A stretch of DNA of 64,000 nucleotides. Origin: an uncultured Bacteroidales bacterium (GTDB lineage: Bacteria > Bacteroidota > Bacteroidia > Bacteroidales > VadinHA17). Below, piece after piece: positions 1-10,484 of the stretch (within the stretch, counting starts at the first letter, position 1; each line of letters opens with the position of its first letter). Location of the stretch: contig CAWBNA010000019.1 in assembly GCA_963789985.1 (NCBI GenBank), positions 400,464 to 464,463 of the forward strand. The letters are read 5' to 3'. The notes beneath the pieces are model-generated. The model made no database searches, was not told the origin of the DNA, and saw nothing but the letters and a program-made list of their open reading frames with translations. A program made the position numbers and the translations under genes.

Positions 1-185
1 CTCCATAAGGTCAGAATTCTCCTGGAACCCACTGAACCTTCCTCATTTAACATAACTTTAACTTTTCTTAACGCATTATTATAACTAGACCGGCTTTTTT
101 TGTGTGGCTTTTTCTAACCAAAGAGGAGATTGTAAACTATTAAAATTAAACAAAAAATTATATTTGCTACTTAAAATTTTAAGCT

Positions 186-1181
186 ATGGAGCAAACTGCT
201 GATATAAGAATACTTAATGAAAAAATTGAGAAAGAAAGCTCTTTTGTCGATATCGTCAGAATGGAAATGAACAAAGTTATAGTAGGGCAGAAACATCTGA
301 CTGATTCCCTGCTGATCGGCCTTCTGGCTAACGGGCACATCCTTCTTGAAGGGGTACCCGGATTGGCAAAAACTCTTGCAATAAAATCACTTGCATCAAT
401 TATTGATGCAAAATTCAGCCGGATACAGTTTACGCCGGACCTTCTCCCAGCTGACCTCATAGGCACTTTGATCTATAGTCAAAAAAAAGAAGAATTCGTT
501 GTTAAAAAAGGGCCGGTTTTTGCAAATTTCATTCTTGCTGATGAGATAAACAGATCACCTGCAAAAGTTCAAAGCGCATTGCTTGAGGCCATGCAGGAGC
601 GTCAGATCACAATCGGGGAATCGACATTCATTCTGGACGAACCATTCATGGTTCTTGCAACACAGAACCCTATTGAACAGGAAGGTACATATCCGCTTCC
701 TGAGGCACAGATCGACAGATTCATGCTGAAAGTAATAATTGACTATCCGTCGATGGATGAAGAAAAACTTATAGTCAGGGAAAACCTGGCTAAGGATTTT
801 CCAAAGGCAAACAGAGTAATCAAAACAGATGACATTATAAGAGCACGGAGTATTGTCAGAGAAGTTTATATGGACGAAAAAATTGAAAATTATATACTTA
901 ATATCGTTTTTGCCAGCCGTAATCCGGAAAAATACGGACTTCCTTCATTTACTCCGATGATTTCTTACGGTGCTTCACCAAGAGCTTCAATATACCTCGC
1001 GATTACTGCCAAAGCCTATGCATTTATCAGACGGAGAGGCTATGTTATCCCTGAAGACGTCAGGGCTGTGTGCATCGATGTGATGCGCCACAGGATCGGA
1101 CTGACTTATGAAGCTGAAGCCGAGAATGTCAATCAGGACAAGATAATTTCAGAGATACTTAATGTTGTTGAGGTGCCCTGA
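186..1181 (+). CDS. MoxR-family AAA+ ATPase
   Basis: 331-aa ORF. Walker A-like GVPGLAKT and Walker B ILADEINR. First gene of the moxR-DUF58-bat order typical of Bacteroidota. Confidence 0.9.
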   Translation: MEQTADIRILNEKIEKESSFVDIVRMEMNKVIVGQKHLTDSLLIGLLANGHILLEGVPGLAKTLAIKSLASIIDAKFSRIQFTPDLLPADLIGTLIYSQKKEEFVVKKGPVFANFILADEINRSPAKVQSALLEAMQERQITIGESTFILDEPFMVLATQNPIEQEGTYPLPEAQIDRFMLKVIIDYPSMDEEKLIVRENLAKDFPKANRVIKTDDIIRARSIVREVYMDEKIENYILNIVFASRNPEKYGLPSFTPMISYGASPRASIYLAITAKAYAFIRRRGYVIPEDVRAVCIDVMRHRIGLTYEAEAENVNQDKIISEILNVVEVP

Positions 1182-1254
1182 TGAAACTGGAGACCGGAAT
1201 TTGTCTGGTGTGCCCGCAGGAGAACGAAGAGCGTGACTATTAAGTTTTCGCAAG

Positions 1255-2118
1255 GTGGAAGCAGTAGAGCTATTAAAAAAAGTAAGAAGGATTGAGATCA
1301 AAACCCGTGGGCTTACCCGGCATATTTTTGCCGGGGAGTATCACAGTGCGTTCAAGGGCCGAGGCATTGCTTTCAGTGAAGTCAGGGAATACCAGTACGG
1401 AGATGATATCAGAAGCATCGACTGGAACGTGACTGCCCGTTTTAACCATCCTTACATAAAGGTTTATGAGGAAGAAAGGGAACTTACGGTAATGCTCCTC
1501 GTCGATGTAAGCGGATCCGGGAACTTTGGAACTGCTGTAAGCTTCAAGAGGGATATCATGACCGAAGTTGCTGCAGTGCTCTCGTTCTCGGCTATATACA
1601 ACAATGACAAGATCGGAGTAATCTTCTTTTCAGATGCTGTTGAAAAATTTATTCCGCCGAAAAAAGGCAGGAAACATATACTTAGAATCATAAGGGAACT
1701 TCTTGATTTTAAGCCTGCAAGCAACAAGACCAGCCTTAGCGAACCTTTGCGGTTCCTTACAAATGCCATAAAGAAAAGATGCATCGCATTCATCATTTCT
1801 GATTTTCTTGCCCCTGATTTTGAGGAAGCTCTGAAAATAGCTTCAAACAAGCACGACATAGTAGCACTTAAGGTGTTTGATCCGATGGAAAAGGCTATCC
1901 CGGATATCGGCTTTATCAAAATATTAGATAATGAAAGCGGAAGGGAAGAATGGATAGATACATCCTCGCGCCATAACAGGGATGCCTATGCAGAGTGGTG
2001 GAATCAGCATGTAGCGAATATCAGCAGTATTTTCAGAAAATGCGGAGTTGATTATACCGAATTATGTACGAGTGAGGATTATGTGAAACCACTCATGAAA
2101 TTGTTTGAGAACAGGTAA
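1255..2118 (+). CDS. DUF58 protein (VWA-like partner of MoxR)
   Basis: 287 aa with an apparent GTG start. Motif DDIRSIDWNVTAR and VWA-like LLVDVSGS. Lies directly after MoxR. Confidence 0.85.
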   Translation: MEAVELLKKVRRIEIKTRGLTRHIFAGEYHSAFKGRGIAFSEVREYQYGDDIRSIDWNVTARFNHPYIKVYEEERELTVMLLVDVSGSGNFGTAVSFKRDIMTEVAAVLSFSAIYNNDKIGVIFFSDAVEKFIPPKKGRKHILRIIRELLDFKPASNKTSLSEPLRFLTNAIKKRCIAFIISDFLAPDFEEALKIASNKHDIVALKVFDPMEKAIPDIGFIKILDNESGREEWIDTSSRHNRDAYAEWWNQHVANISSIFRKCGVDYTELCTSEDYVKPLMKLFENR

Positions 2119-2122
2119 TGCG

Positions 2123-3106
2123 ATGAAGAAATTAATAATCCCTGTAATATTCCTTTTGTTAATATACCCTGTGACGGCAAGCGGTCAGGATATAACTGTG
2201 TCGGCTTCATTCGACACTTCCAGGATCTTTATAGGCGATCAGATTAATTTTTCAGTCTCGATAAATCAGCCAGATGGCATGAGGCTGGAATTTCCATTAT
2301 TCACGGACACGCTTGTTAAAAACATTGATATCCTTTCCGGTCCGAGGACCGACAGCGCAAAAATTTCATCGGGACGGATAAAAATAACTGAAAAATATCT
2401 TGTCACATCATTTGATTCGGGCACTTACAGGGTTGATCCTGTTTTTATTGAACTGAAAGATGCCAGGGGAGTCAAAAGGTTTTATTCCGACTATTCATAC
2501 CTTAAAGTGCTGCGGACCCAGGCAGCGCCTTCCGATACATCAATGAAAATCTTTGATATAGTTAAACCCTACAAGGCTCCTTTGACTCTCGGAGAGATTA
2601 TGCCATACATACTTGCAGCCCTTATAGCAGGTGCACTTATATGGTTCACGATACGGTTCTTAAAAAAATTCAAAAAAGAAAAAAAGATCTCATCCGAACC
2701 TGTTATAAAAGAACCTGCTCATGTTATAGCGTTCAGGGAACTGGGCCTTCTGAAAACCGAAAACCTTTGGCAGAGAGACGAAACCAAGAGATATTATACG
2801 AGGCTTACAGAGATACTGAGGCAGTACCTCGAGAACAGGTTTGGCGTGTACTCACTTGAGCTGACAACTTCAGAGACGCTTGATACTCTGGTCAGAACAG
2901 GATTTAAGAAAGACGAGTCATATAGCAGGCTTAAATCGGTGCTAACAGAGGCAGATCTTGTAAAATTTGCAAAATATAAACCTGAACCTGCTGAAAATGA
3001 AACCAGTTTCAATAATGCGTGGGAATTTGTTTCAGCCACCAGGCTTGATGAACCCATTGCAGACACAGTTGAAGGGAACGATAAAAAAAGTGAGGAAGGT
3101 GTATGA
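2123..3106 (+). CDS. Bat-operon membrane protein (BatD-like N-terminal domain, one TM, cytoplasmic tail)
   Basis: ATG at 2123 (MKKLIIPVIFLL signal) is preferred over the track start at 2105. The N-terminus ITVSASFDTSRIFIGDQINFSV parallels the BatD N-terminus ISVTADYPEVVKSGQQFNITW. Central TM is IMPYILAALIAGALIWFTI. Confidence 0.6.
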   Translation: MKKLIIPVIFLLLIYPVTASGQDITVSASFDTSRIFIGDQINFSVSINQPDGMRLEFPLFTDTLVKNIDILSGPRTDSAKISSGRIKITEKYLVTSFDSGTYRVDPVFIELKDARGVKRFYSDYSYLKVLRTQAAPSDTSMKIFDIVKPYKAPLTLGEIMPYILAALIAGALIWFTIRFLKKFKKEKKISSEPVIKEPAHVIAFRELGLLKTENLWQRDETKRYYTRLTEILRQYLENRFGVYSLELTTSETLDTLVRTGFKKDESYSRLKSVLTEADLVKFAKYKPEPAENETSFNNAWEFVSATRLDEPIADTVEGNDKKSEEGV

Positions 3107-4095
3107 ACAGAATAACTTTTGCTGATCCGCTTTTTTTATATCTTCTGCTGGTTGTACCGGCGATGATAGTTTTTTACATCCTGAAACAGAGAAAAACTTC
3201 TGCTTCTTTCAATGTGCCTGGTCTCCAGCCTTTTGAAAAAACGGAACCTACCTTCAGGATCTACCTGAAGCATATATTTTTCGGCTTGAGAACCCTTGCA
3301 ATGGCTCTTCTGATTTTCATCCTTGCAAGGCCTCAGTCGGTAAGCAGCTACCAGGATGTTTCAACTGAAGGCATCGATATAGTCCTTGCCATTGATATAT
3401 CTGGCAGCATGCTGTCACGCGACTTTAAACCCGACAGACTTGAAGCATCAAAAAATGTTGCAACGGAATTTATTTCAGGACGTCCCTATGACCGGATCGG
3501 CCTTGTTGTTTTCAGCGGAGAGAGTTTTACACAATGCCCACTGACGACCGATCATGCGGTGCTGATTAATTTGCTGAGGGAGATCCACAGCGGAATGATT
3601 GAAGATGGAACAGCAATCGGTATGGGCCTTGCAAATGCAGTGAACAGGATAAAGGATTCACAGGGCAAGAGCAAGGTTATAATTCTGCTTACAGATGGCG
3701 TAAACAACATGGGTGAAATTGCTCCTGCCACAGCTGCAGGGATCGCAAAAACTTTCGGGATAAGAGTTTATACAATAGGAGTTGGCACGCAGGGCACTGC
3801 GCCCTACCCGGTTCAGACGCCTTTTGGAATACAGTACCAGGATATACCTGTCGAGATTGATGAAGGGTTACTTAAGGATATCGCTCAGACTACCGGAGGG
3901 AAATATTTCAGGGCTACCGACAACGACAAGCTTACGCAGGTCTATAAAGAGATTGACCAGATGGAAAAGTCTAAAATTGCTGTCAGGCAATTCAGCACAA
4001 GGGAAGAAAAATATCTGATCCCGGCTGTTATGGCTTTTTGCCTGATTGCAATCGAATTACTTTTAAGAAATACGATTTTCAGGAACATTACCTAA
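3103..4095 (+). CDS. batA: VWA-domain aerotolerance protein BatA
   Basis: 330 aa with N- and C-terminal TM segments and MIDAS motif DISGSM. ATGA start/stop overlap with the upstream gene. Confidence 0.85.
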   Translation: MNRITFADPLFLYLLLVVPAMIVFYILKQRKTSASFNVPGLQPFEKTEPTFRIYLKHIFFGLRTLAMALLIFILARPQSVSSYQDVSTEGIDIVLAIDISGSMLSRDFKPDRLEASKNVATEFISGRPYDRIGLVVFSGESFTQCPLTTDHAVLINLLREIHSGMIEDGTAIGMGLANAVNRIKDSQGKSKVIILLTDGVNNMGEIAPATAAGIAKTFGIRVYTIGVGTQGTAPYPVQTPFGIQYQDIPVEIDEGLLKDIAQTTGGKYFRATDNDKLTQVYKEIDQMEKSKIAVRQFSTREEKYLIPAVMAFCLIAIELLLRNTIFRNIT

Positions 4096-4109
4096 ATAAA
4101 CAGAGCACA

Positions 4110-5150
4110 ATGCAGCTTTTCAGATTTGCAAATCCAGAGTACTTATACCTGTTGCTTCTGCTTCCGGTAATGATCGCATTATTCATCATCAATGAGCACA
4201 GGAAAAGAAAATCAATCAGGAAAATTGGCGACCCTGCATTAGTTGAAAGATTGTTGCCTGAAATGTCAAAATCACGGCCAATAATCAAGTTCCTGCTCCT
4301 TTTGGTGGTTTTCTCTTCAGCACTGATAATGCTGGCAAGACCCCAGTTCGGAGCTAAAATGGAAGAGGTGAAGAAACGGGGTGTAGAAGTCATCATTGCA
4401 CTTGACGTCAGTAATTCAATGCTTGCTGAAGACATCCAGCCCAACAGGCTCACAAGGGCAAAACAGGCGATATCAAGGGTTGTTGACAATCTTGATAATG
4501 ATAAAATCGGGTTGATAGTCTTTGCAGGAGATGCATATACCCAGATACCAATAACAACCGATTATATTTCCGCAAAGATGTTCCTGTCAACGATCAGTCC
4601 GGACATAGTGCCCAAACAGGGAACCGCAATAGGAGCAGCAATAGACCTGGGAAGAAAATCTTTCAGTCCCGGCGAGGGAAAAAGCAAGACAATGATTATT
4701 ATAACCGATGGGGAGAATCATGAGGATAACCCGGTTACTTCTGCAGAACAGGCATCAAAGGAAGGCATTGTGATAAATACTATTGGAATAGGATCAACCG
4801 AAGGAGTTCCTATCCCGTTAATGACCGGCAACAGGCGGGATTACCTCAAAGACAGGGACGGGAACACAGTGGTAACAAAGCTTGACGAGGATATCCTTAA
4901 GAAAATTGCCGCCGCTACCGGAGGTATATATGTGAGGGCCAGCAATTCAAACATTGGATTGGAGCAAATTTTTAGCAACATCCGGAAAATGAAGAAAGAT
5001 GAACTTGAAAGCAAAGTGTTCACCGAATACAATGATAAGTTCCAGATTTTTGCAGGAATATGCCTGATCTTTCTGATTGCCGAATTCCTGTTAATGGACA
5101 GGAAGAACAGGAAGCTTGCGAACATACGGCTGTTTAAGTTTAAGGTCTGA
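4110..5150 (+). CDS. batB: VWA-domain aerotolerance protein BatB
   Basis: Start moved to ATG 4110 (MQLFRFANPEYLYLLLL, parallel to the BatA N-terminus). MIDAS motif DVSNSM and a C-terminal TM. Confidence 0.85.
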   Translation: MQLFRFANPEYLYLLLLLPVMIALFIINEHRKRKSIRKIGDPALVERLLPEMSKSRPIIKFLLLLVVFSSALIMLARPQFGAKMEEVKKRGVEVIIALDVSNSMLAEDIQPNRLTRAKQAISRVVDNLDNDKIGLIVFAGDAYTQIPITTDYISAKMFLSTISPDIVPKQGTAIGAAIDLGRKSFSPGEGKSKTMIIITDGENHEDNPVTSAEQASKEGIVINTIGIGSTEGVPIPLMTGNRRDYLKDRDGNTVVTKLDEDILKKIAAATGGIYVRASNSNIGLEQIFSNIRKMKKDELESKVFTEYNDKFQIFAGICLIFLIAEFLLMDRKNRKLANIRLFKFKV

Positions 5151-5166
5151 TTTGCATTTAAAGAAG

Positions 5167-5907
5167 ATGAAAACTTTTAAAAAAATAAATACAGCAACCC
5201 GTAAAGAGATCCTTCTGATGCTTTTTATGATTTATGGTTCTCTTCCAATCCTGAATGCTCAAAGCGAAAAGAAACATGTACGGGAAGGTAATCGCGAATA
5301 TGAAAAGAATAAATACCCCAAATCGGAGATTTTGTACAGAAAAGCAGTGGACAACAACAAATCTTACCCTGACGCAGTTTTCAATATCGGAGATGCACTT
5401 TACAAACAAAAAAAGTACGACGAGGCCGGTAAAGAGTTTACTGATAATTCTTCAATGAACGATAACAAGCAAAAGAAAGCTGCGGCATTTTACAACCTTG
5501 GCAACTCTCTTCTCTTGTCAAACAAGGTTAAGGAGAGCATTGATGCGTACAAGAATTCCCTGAAGCTTAAACCCGATAACAAGGAGGCAAAATATAACCT
5601 TGCATATGCCCAGGACCTGCTGAAACTGCTGCAGCAGCAGCAACAGCAGAACAATGACAATAACAAGGATAAAGACAAGAAGGATCAGAAAAAAGATCAG
5701 AAGCAGAACGACAAAAAGGATCAGAATAACCAGAACCCTCAGAACAACAGCCAGGACAAGCAGCAACAGCAGCAGGAGCAGGGCATATCAAAGGAAGATG
5801 CCGAAAGACTTCTGAATTCTATTGCCAACGATGAGAAAAATGTCCAGGAAAAGGTTAAACTTGCAAAGGCATCAAAGGAGAAAATCAGGACTTTGAAAAA
5901 CTGGTAA
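5167..5907 (+). CDS. batC: TPR-repeat protein BatC with Q/K/D/N-rich tail
   Basis: Start moved to ATG 5167 (MKTFKK... signal). TPR-like segments (FYNLGNSLLLSNK, AKYNLAYAQ) followed by a low-complexity QQQQQQNNDNNKDKDKKDQKK tract. Confidence 0.75.
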   Translation: MKTFKKINTATRKEILLMLFMIYGSLPILNAQSEKKHVREGNREYEKNKYPKSEILYRKAVDNNKSYPDAVFNIGDALYKQKKYDEAGKEFTDNSSMNDNKQKKAAAFYNLGNSLLLSNKVKESIDAYKNSLKLKPDNKEAKYNLAYAQDLLKLLQQQQQQNNDNNKDKDKKDQKKDQKQNDKKDQNNQNPQNNSQDKQQQQQEQGISKEDAERLLNSIANDEKNVQEKVKLAKASKEKIRTLKNW

Positions 5908-5917
5908 TGACAGTAAG

Positions 5918-7738
5918 ATGAGATTACGGAGGAACATATTGATTTTGATGGCAGCCGCTGCACCTTTGCTGGCAATGGGACAGGATATTTCTGTTACCGC
6001 TGATTATCCGGAGGTTGTAAAATCCGGACAACAATTCAATATTACGTGGACCATTAATTCAGATGAAGGTCAGTTTTCGGCTCCTTCCTTTGAGGGTTTC
6101 TACAAGCTTGCCGGCCCGCAGACATCTTACAGCTCAAGCACACAGATTATAAATGGAAAAATTTCAAGATCAACCTCCTACTCATATTCCTATTATCTTC
6201 AGGCTATAAAAGAGGGCAGGTTTGTGATCCCGCCTGCTACACTCACTTTAAAGAATAAGACTTACAAGTCTGATTCCCTGAGAATTGAGGTGATAGGGAG
6301 TGGCGCATCGCAACAGGCAAATCTCCCTTCAGGAAACTCAGGGCGAACTGAAAACGAGCAGGTTGAGGAATCCGGAAACGATTTGTTCATTACTCTTTCA
6401 TTTGACCGTAAAGAAGTTTATCTCGGCGAACATATTCTGGCCACTGTCAAGATCTACACAAAAGTCGATATCTCAGGGATCAACGAGATCAAATACCCTG
6501 CTTTTGATGGATTCCTGAAAACTGACCTCAATACTCCGCCCCTTACATCACTGAGGCGTGAGAATGTTAATGGGACCATTTACGGGACCGGTGTTGTTCA
6601 GCAATTCCTTCTTTATCCACAGGTTACCGGCGAAATTGCTATTGATCCGGTACAGATATCCGTGATGGTTCAGCAGAAATCCGGCCGGTCTGACCCATTC
6701 TTCGGTGATTTCTTTTCGACTTATACAACGGTCCCCAAAGCGGCCCTGAGCAAAGCTCTTAAGGTGAAGGTTGATCCTCTGCCCGGTGCAAAACCGGACG
6801 ATTTCTCAGGAATAGTGGGCAAGGCTTCAATTTCAGCTACTCTCAGTAAAGATTCAGTGAACGTTAATGACGCTGTAAGTCTGAAGTTTGTAATCTCAGG
6901 GACCGGAAACCTTAAGCTGGCAAATGCCCCTGCAATTAAAATGCCTGCTGATGTAGAAATTTATGACCCGAAAATATCCGACGATCTTAGAAACGGAACG
7001 GACGGCACAACCGGACAGAAAGTTTTTGAATACCTTATGATCCCAAGACATTATGGCGAATTTAAGGTTCCGGCTGTAAGTTTTTCATACTTCAATGTTT
7101 CAACAAAAAGATATGAGAAACTGACGACCAAAGAACTTGCTTTTTATGCAAGAAAAGGAAATGAAAAAAATACCGGAATTACAGTCTATGGAGGCGTTTC
7201 AAAGGAAGATGTAAAGTATCTGGGGAAAGATATCAGGTTTATAAAATCCTCTCCGGGACAACTTTATAAATCAGGAAACCTCTTTTCTTCAAAACGTTCC
7301 TTCTACAGTATTTATGTACTGGCAATTATCCTGTTTCTTGCAATTTTGTTTGCCAGGCGCGAACACATCAGGAGAAATGCTGATATTTCAAGCGTGAAGA
7401 ACCGTAAGGCTGCAAAAGTTGCCGGAAAGAGGCTTAAAGAAGCTTCATATTGCCTCAGGGAAGGAGCAACCGACAAATTTTATGAAGAGATATTGAAGGC
7501 TGTCTGGGGTTATCTCAGCGACAAGCTCAATATACCGGTTTCAGACCTTACAAGGGCAAATGCCGTTAATTCGCTTACTGAAAAGGGCATTGGCGAAGAA
7601 GAGATCAATAACCTTAATTCAATACTCGATAAATGTGAGTATGTGAGATTTGCTCCATCTTCCTCCGGAACAGAAGCTTCGAAAATATTTAATGACACAT
7701 CCGGATTTATAAGTACAGTTGAAAACTCAATAAGCTGA
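5918..7738 (+). CDS. batD: BatD-like oxygen-tolerance protein
   Basis: 606 aa with a signal peptide and a late TM (FYSIYVLAIILFLAILFA). The call rests on architecture and its position after batC. Confidence 0.75.
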   Translation: MRLRRNILILMAAAAPLLAMGQDISVTADYPEVVKSGQQFNITWTINSDEGQFSAPSFEGFYKLAGPQTSYSSSTQIINGKISRSTSYSYSYYLQAIKEGRFVIPPATLTLKNKTYKSDSLRIEVIGSGASQQANLPSGNSGRTENEQVEESGNDLFITLSFDRKEVYLGEHILATVKIYTKVDISGINEIKYPAFDGFLKTDLNTPPLTSLRRENVNGTIYGTGVVQQFLLYPQVTGEIAIDPVQISVMVQQKSGRSDPFFGDFFSTYTTVPKAALSKALKVKVDPLPGAKPDDFSGIVGKASISATLSKDSVNVNDAVSLKFVISGTGNLKLANAPAIKMPADVEIYDPKISDDLRNGTDGTTGQKVFEYLMIPRHYGEFKVPAVSFSYFNVSTKRYEKLTTKELAFYARKGNEKNTGITVYGGVSKEDVKYLGKDIRFIKSSPGQLYKSGNLFSSKRSFYSIYVLAIILFLAILFARREHIRRNADISSVKNRKAAKVAGKRLKEASYCLREGATDKFYEEILKAVWGYLSDKLNIPVSDLTRANAVNSLTEKGIGEEEINNLNSILDKCEYVRFAPSSSGTEASKIFNDTSGFISTVENSIS

Positions 7739-7741
7739 CAG

Positions 7742-8512
7742 ATGAGATTTTCAGGGAAAAACATATTGATCATTATCTTTTTATTAATCTCTTCAACAGG
7801 GGCATTTCCTCAGGGACTTAATAAGCAGAAATTCCAGAAAGGAGTCGAGTATTACACAACATCGAAGTACAAGGAAGCACTTGATGAATGGCTTGATATT
7901 TACAAGACAGGTTACCGGTCGGCACAATTGAGCTATAATATCGGCAATGCTTATTTTAAGCTTAATAACATACCCGGTTCCATTCTTTTTTATGAAAGGG
8001 CGCGCCTGCTTAAACCAGCCGACGACAATATCAATTATAACCTTCAGATTGCGAGATCACTTGTAGTTGATAAGTTCCAGGGGATTCCTGAACTCTTTTT
8101 TGTACGATGGTACGATTTTCTTGCACTTATGCTGTCATCAAACAGATGGGCAGTGATAAGCATTGTTACATTCATCCTGTTTCTTGCGCTTCTTTCACTT
8201 TACATTTATTCATCAAAATACAGGCTGAAAGTCATTGGATTCTGGAGCGCTGTAATCCTTCTTATCATATCGGCTTCATCACTTACCCTTACAATCAGAA
8301 ATAAATCACTTGTTTACGACAGCCATAAAGCTATAATATTTGCGCCTTCCGTCAATGGAAAAAGCTCACCTGACAATAGCGGAACCGACCTTTTTGTTCT
8401 TCATGAAGGATCGAAGGTCAGCGTTGAGGATGAAGTGAGCGAATGGTACGAAATAAGATTGTCGGACGGCAACAAGGGATGGGTTCCTGCTTCCAGCCTG
8501 AGCATTATTTGA
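7742..8512 (+). CDS. batE: TPR + SH3b membrane protein BatE
   Basis: 256 aa with a TPR segment (YNIGNAYFKLNN), TM helices and a C-terminal SH3b-like EWYEIRLSDGNKGWV. Last gene of the bat series. Confidence 0.7.
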   Translation: MRFSGKNILIIIFLLISSTGAFPQGLNKQKFQKGVEYYTTSKYKEALDEWLDIYKTGYRSAQLSYNIGNAYFKLNNIPGSILFYERARLLKPADDNINYNLQIARSLVVDKFQGIPELFFVRWYDFLALMLSSNRWAVISIVTFILFLALLSLYIYSSKYRLKVIGFWSAVILLIISASSLTLTIRNKSLVYDSHKAIIFAPSVNGKSSPDNSGTDLFVLHEGSKVSVEDEVSEWYEIRLSDGNKGWVPASSLSII

Positions 8513-8544
8513 AGGTGATACCTAAATCATAATATACCGCCATA

Positions 8545-9711
8545 ATGAAAAGGAAAACCGTAAATAGTTGCCGGACTCCTGTTTACAGGGATGCAGGTTT
8601 CGAGTTGTACGATGCGGATACCACAAAGAATGCATTTCTGAAAGAGACTGAAAATGAAAGGGAACCTGATCTTTATATTTATTCAAGATACAGAAACCCG
8701 ACAGTTGAATCAGCTGAAGACGAAATAATGAGCATTGAAAAAAGCGCCTGGGCCCTTCTCACCCAGTCGGGGATGTCTGCAATCGACACTGCAGTTTCGA
8801 TCTTCCAAAATGGCAGAGATTCAAAGCCGTGGCTGTTTTTCAGTGAGATTTATGGCGGCACAATTTCATTTACCGCCTCAGTTCTTGTTAAAAGGAGGGG
8901 CATTGATGTCCGAAGCTTTCAGCCAGTGAATGAGAAATATGACCCTGACGGGTTTGAAAGTTTGCTTCAGGCAGTTAATCCTGAAATTGTCTATGTGGAA
9001 ACGATCTCGAATCCGATGCTTATCGTAACTGGTCTTGAGCGTGTGATCAGAGCCGCCCATAATGCAGGATCAAAAGTAATAATAGATAACACCTTTGCTA
9101 CTCCTGTTCTCTGTAGACCGCTTGAACTTGGAGCCGATCTGGTGATACACAGTGCAACAAAGTACTTTTCGGGTCATGGAAATATTACGGCAGGAGTGAT
9201 CTGCGGGAATGACAGGAATATTATGAAAGATGCCGTAGAATACAGGAAATTAGTGGGTCATATGCTTTCGCCCGATGATGCATACAGGCTGACAACACAG
9301 ATCCGGACGTTTGAATTAAGGTTCATGCAGCAATGTTCAAATGCATCAAGGCTGGCCATAGCACTTGAAAAGCTTCCCAACATAAGAAAAGTATGGTATC
9401 CGGGACTGGCGGGGCATGCCACACATGAAGAAGCCGTAAAGCTTTTTGGCAACAAGGGCTTCGGGGGAATGATAACATTTGATATTAATGGTAAATCAAT
9501 GGAGGATAAGAAGGGGAAGCGGGATAAGTTTATCAGATCAGTCAGTGAAAAGATAAAACTGATACCATCGCTTGGTGATTCCAGATCAATCCTGATGCCT
9601 GTTGAATCAGTATGGGGATCCAAATACCCTGAACCGGGAATGATAAGGCTATCCGTTGGCTTCGAAAACTATGACGATCTGGAATCAACAGTTTTGAGCG
9701 CCTTGATATAG
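8545..9711 (+). CDS. Cys/Met-metabolism PLP-dependent enzyme (cystathionine gamma-synthase/lyase family)
   Basis: 388 aa with the PLP-lysine motif HSATKYFSGHG. Length and layout are typical of trans-sulfuration family enzymes. Confidence 0.8.
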   Translation: MKRKTVNSCRTPVYRDAGFELYDADTTKNAFLKETENEREPDLYIYSRYRNPTVESAEDEIMSIEKSAWALLTQSGMSAIDTAVSIFQNGRDSKPWLFFSEIYGGTISFTASVLVKRRGIDVRSFQPVNEKYDPDGFESLLQAVNPEIVYVETISNPMLIVTGLERVIRAAHNAGSKVIIDNTFATPVLCRPLELGADLVIHSATKYFSGHGNITAGVICGNDRNIMKDAVEYRKLVGHMLSPDDAYRLTTQIRTFELRFMQQCSNASRLAIALEKLPNIRKVWYPGLAGHATHEEAVKLFGNKGFGGMITFDINGKSMEDKKGKRDKFIRSVSEKIKLIPSLGDSRSILMPVESVWGSKYPEPGMIRLSVGFENYDDLESTVLSALI

Positions 9712-9733
9712 GATTATTATTTATCGGAGATTC

Positions 9734-10399
9734 CTACGCCCAGTCGATTGGTGCAATCCCGTTACTGATAAGGTATTCGTTGCATCTGCTGAAATGCCTG
9801 TTCCCAAAGAACCCCTTTGCCGCTGAAAGCGGCGATGGATGAACTGATTCCAGCACAAGATTCATGGACCTGTCGATCGATTCACCTTTTTTCTGCGCGT
9901 ATGCCCCCCAGAGGAAATAGACAATATTCTTTTTCTCCTCATTAAGCACCTTTATGACATAGTCGGTAAATTCCTCCCATCCTTTTTTCTGATGTGAGCC
10001 CGCCTGGTGTGCCCTCACCGTAAGGGTGGCATTAAGCAGGAGCACTCCCTGGTTTGCCCACCGTGTCAGGTCACCTGATCTTTTTACCCTTATTCCAAGG
10101 TCGGATTCTATTTCTTTGAAAATGTTTATAAGGCTTGGCGGGAATTCAATGCCGTCCTTGACTGAAAAGCATAAACCGTGAGCCTGTCCCGGTTCATGGT
10201 ACGGGTCCTGCCCAAGTATCACAGCCTTCACCTTTTCAAGAGGGCAAAGGTTAAAAGCATTGAATATCAGCGATCCCGGAGGGTATATTGTTGTACTGTG
10301 ATATTCTTCCTTTACAAAGCCGGTCAGCCTGATAAAATAGTCCTGCTCAAATTCACCGCCAAGTTTCTGCTTCCAGCTTGATTCAATTTTTACATCCAT
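9734..10399 (-). CDS. ung: uracil-DNA glycosylase (family 1)
   Basis: 221 aa with catalytic motifs GQDPYH and HPSPLS. Confidence 0.95.
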   Translation of the reverse strand: MDVKIESSWKQKLGGEFEQDYFIRLTGFVKEEYHSTTIYPPGSLIFNAFNLCPLEKVKAVILGQDPYHEPGQAHGLCFSVKDGIEFPPSLINIFKEIESDLGIRVKRSGDLTRWANQGVLLLNATLTVRAHQAGSHQKKGWEEFTDYVIKVLNEEKKNIVYFLWGAYAQKKGESIDRSMNLVLESVHPSPLSAAKGFFGNRHFSRCNEYLISNGIAPIDWA

Positions 10400-10445
10400 T
10401 TCTGCTTTGTGTTCCCGCTAAATTAATAATTTTAAACGGATTCCT

Positions 10446-10484
10446 GAAAGAAAATGGACTGGCGCCAAACAAACGCCAGTCCAT
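10446..10484 (-). terminator. strong hairpin plus T-rich tail 55 nt upstream of the ung start (terminator or attenuator-like)
   Basis: Perfect 11-bp stem ATGGACTGGCG/CGCCAGTCCAT (10454-10464 / 10474-10484) with a 9-nt loop. On the minus strand it is followed by TTTCTTTC. Confidence 0.5.

Noticed and set aside
1-185. Possible structured RNA or gene end at the left edge of the window.
   Set aside because: No ORF end, tRNA-like or known RNA motif could be recognised in the 185 nt before moxR. It is probably just the promoter region plus the truncated upstream context.
5620-5780. CAG/CAA and AAG/GAT-rich simple repeats.
   Set aside because: They are in frame within batC and encode its Q/K/D/N-rich low-complexity linker. 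This is a coding compositional feature, not a non-coding microsatellite or regulatory repeat.
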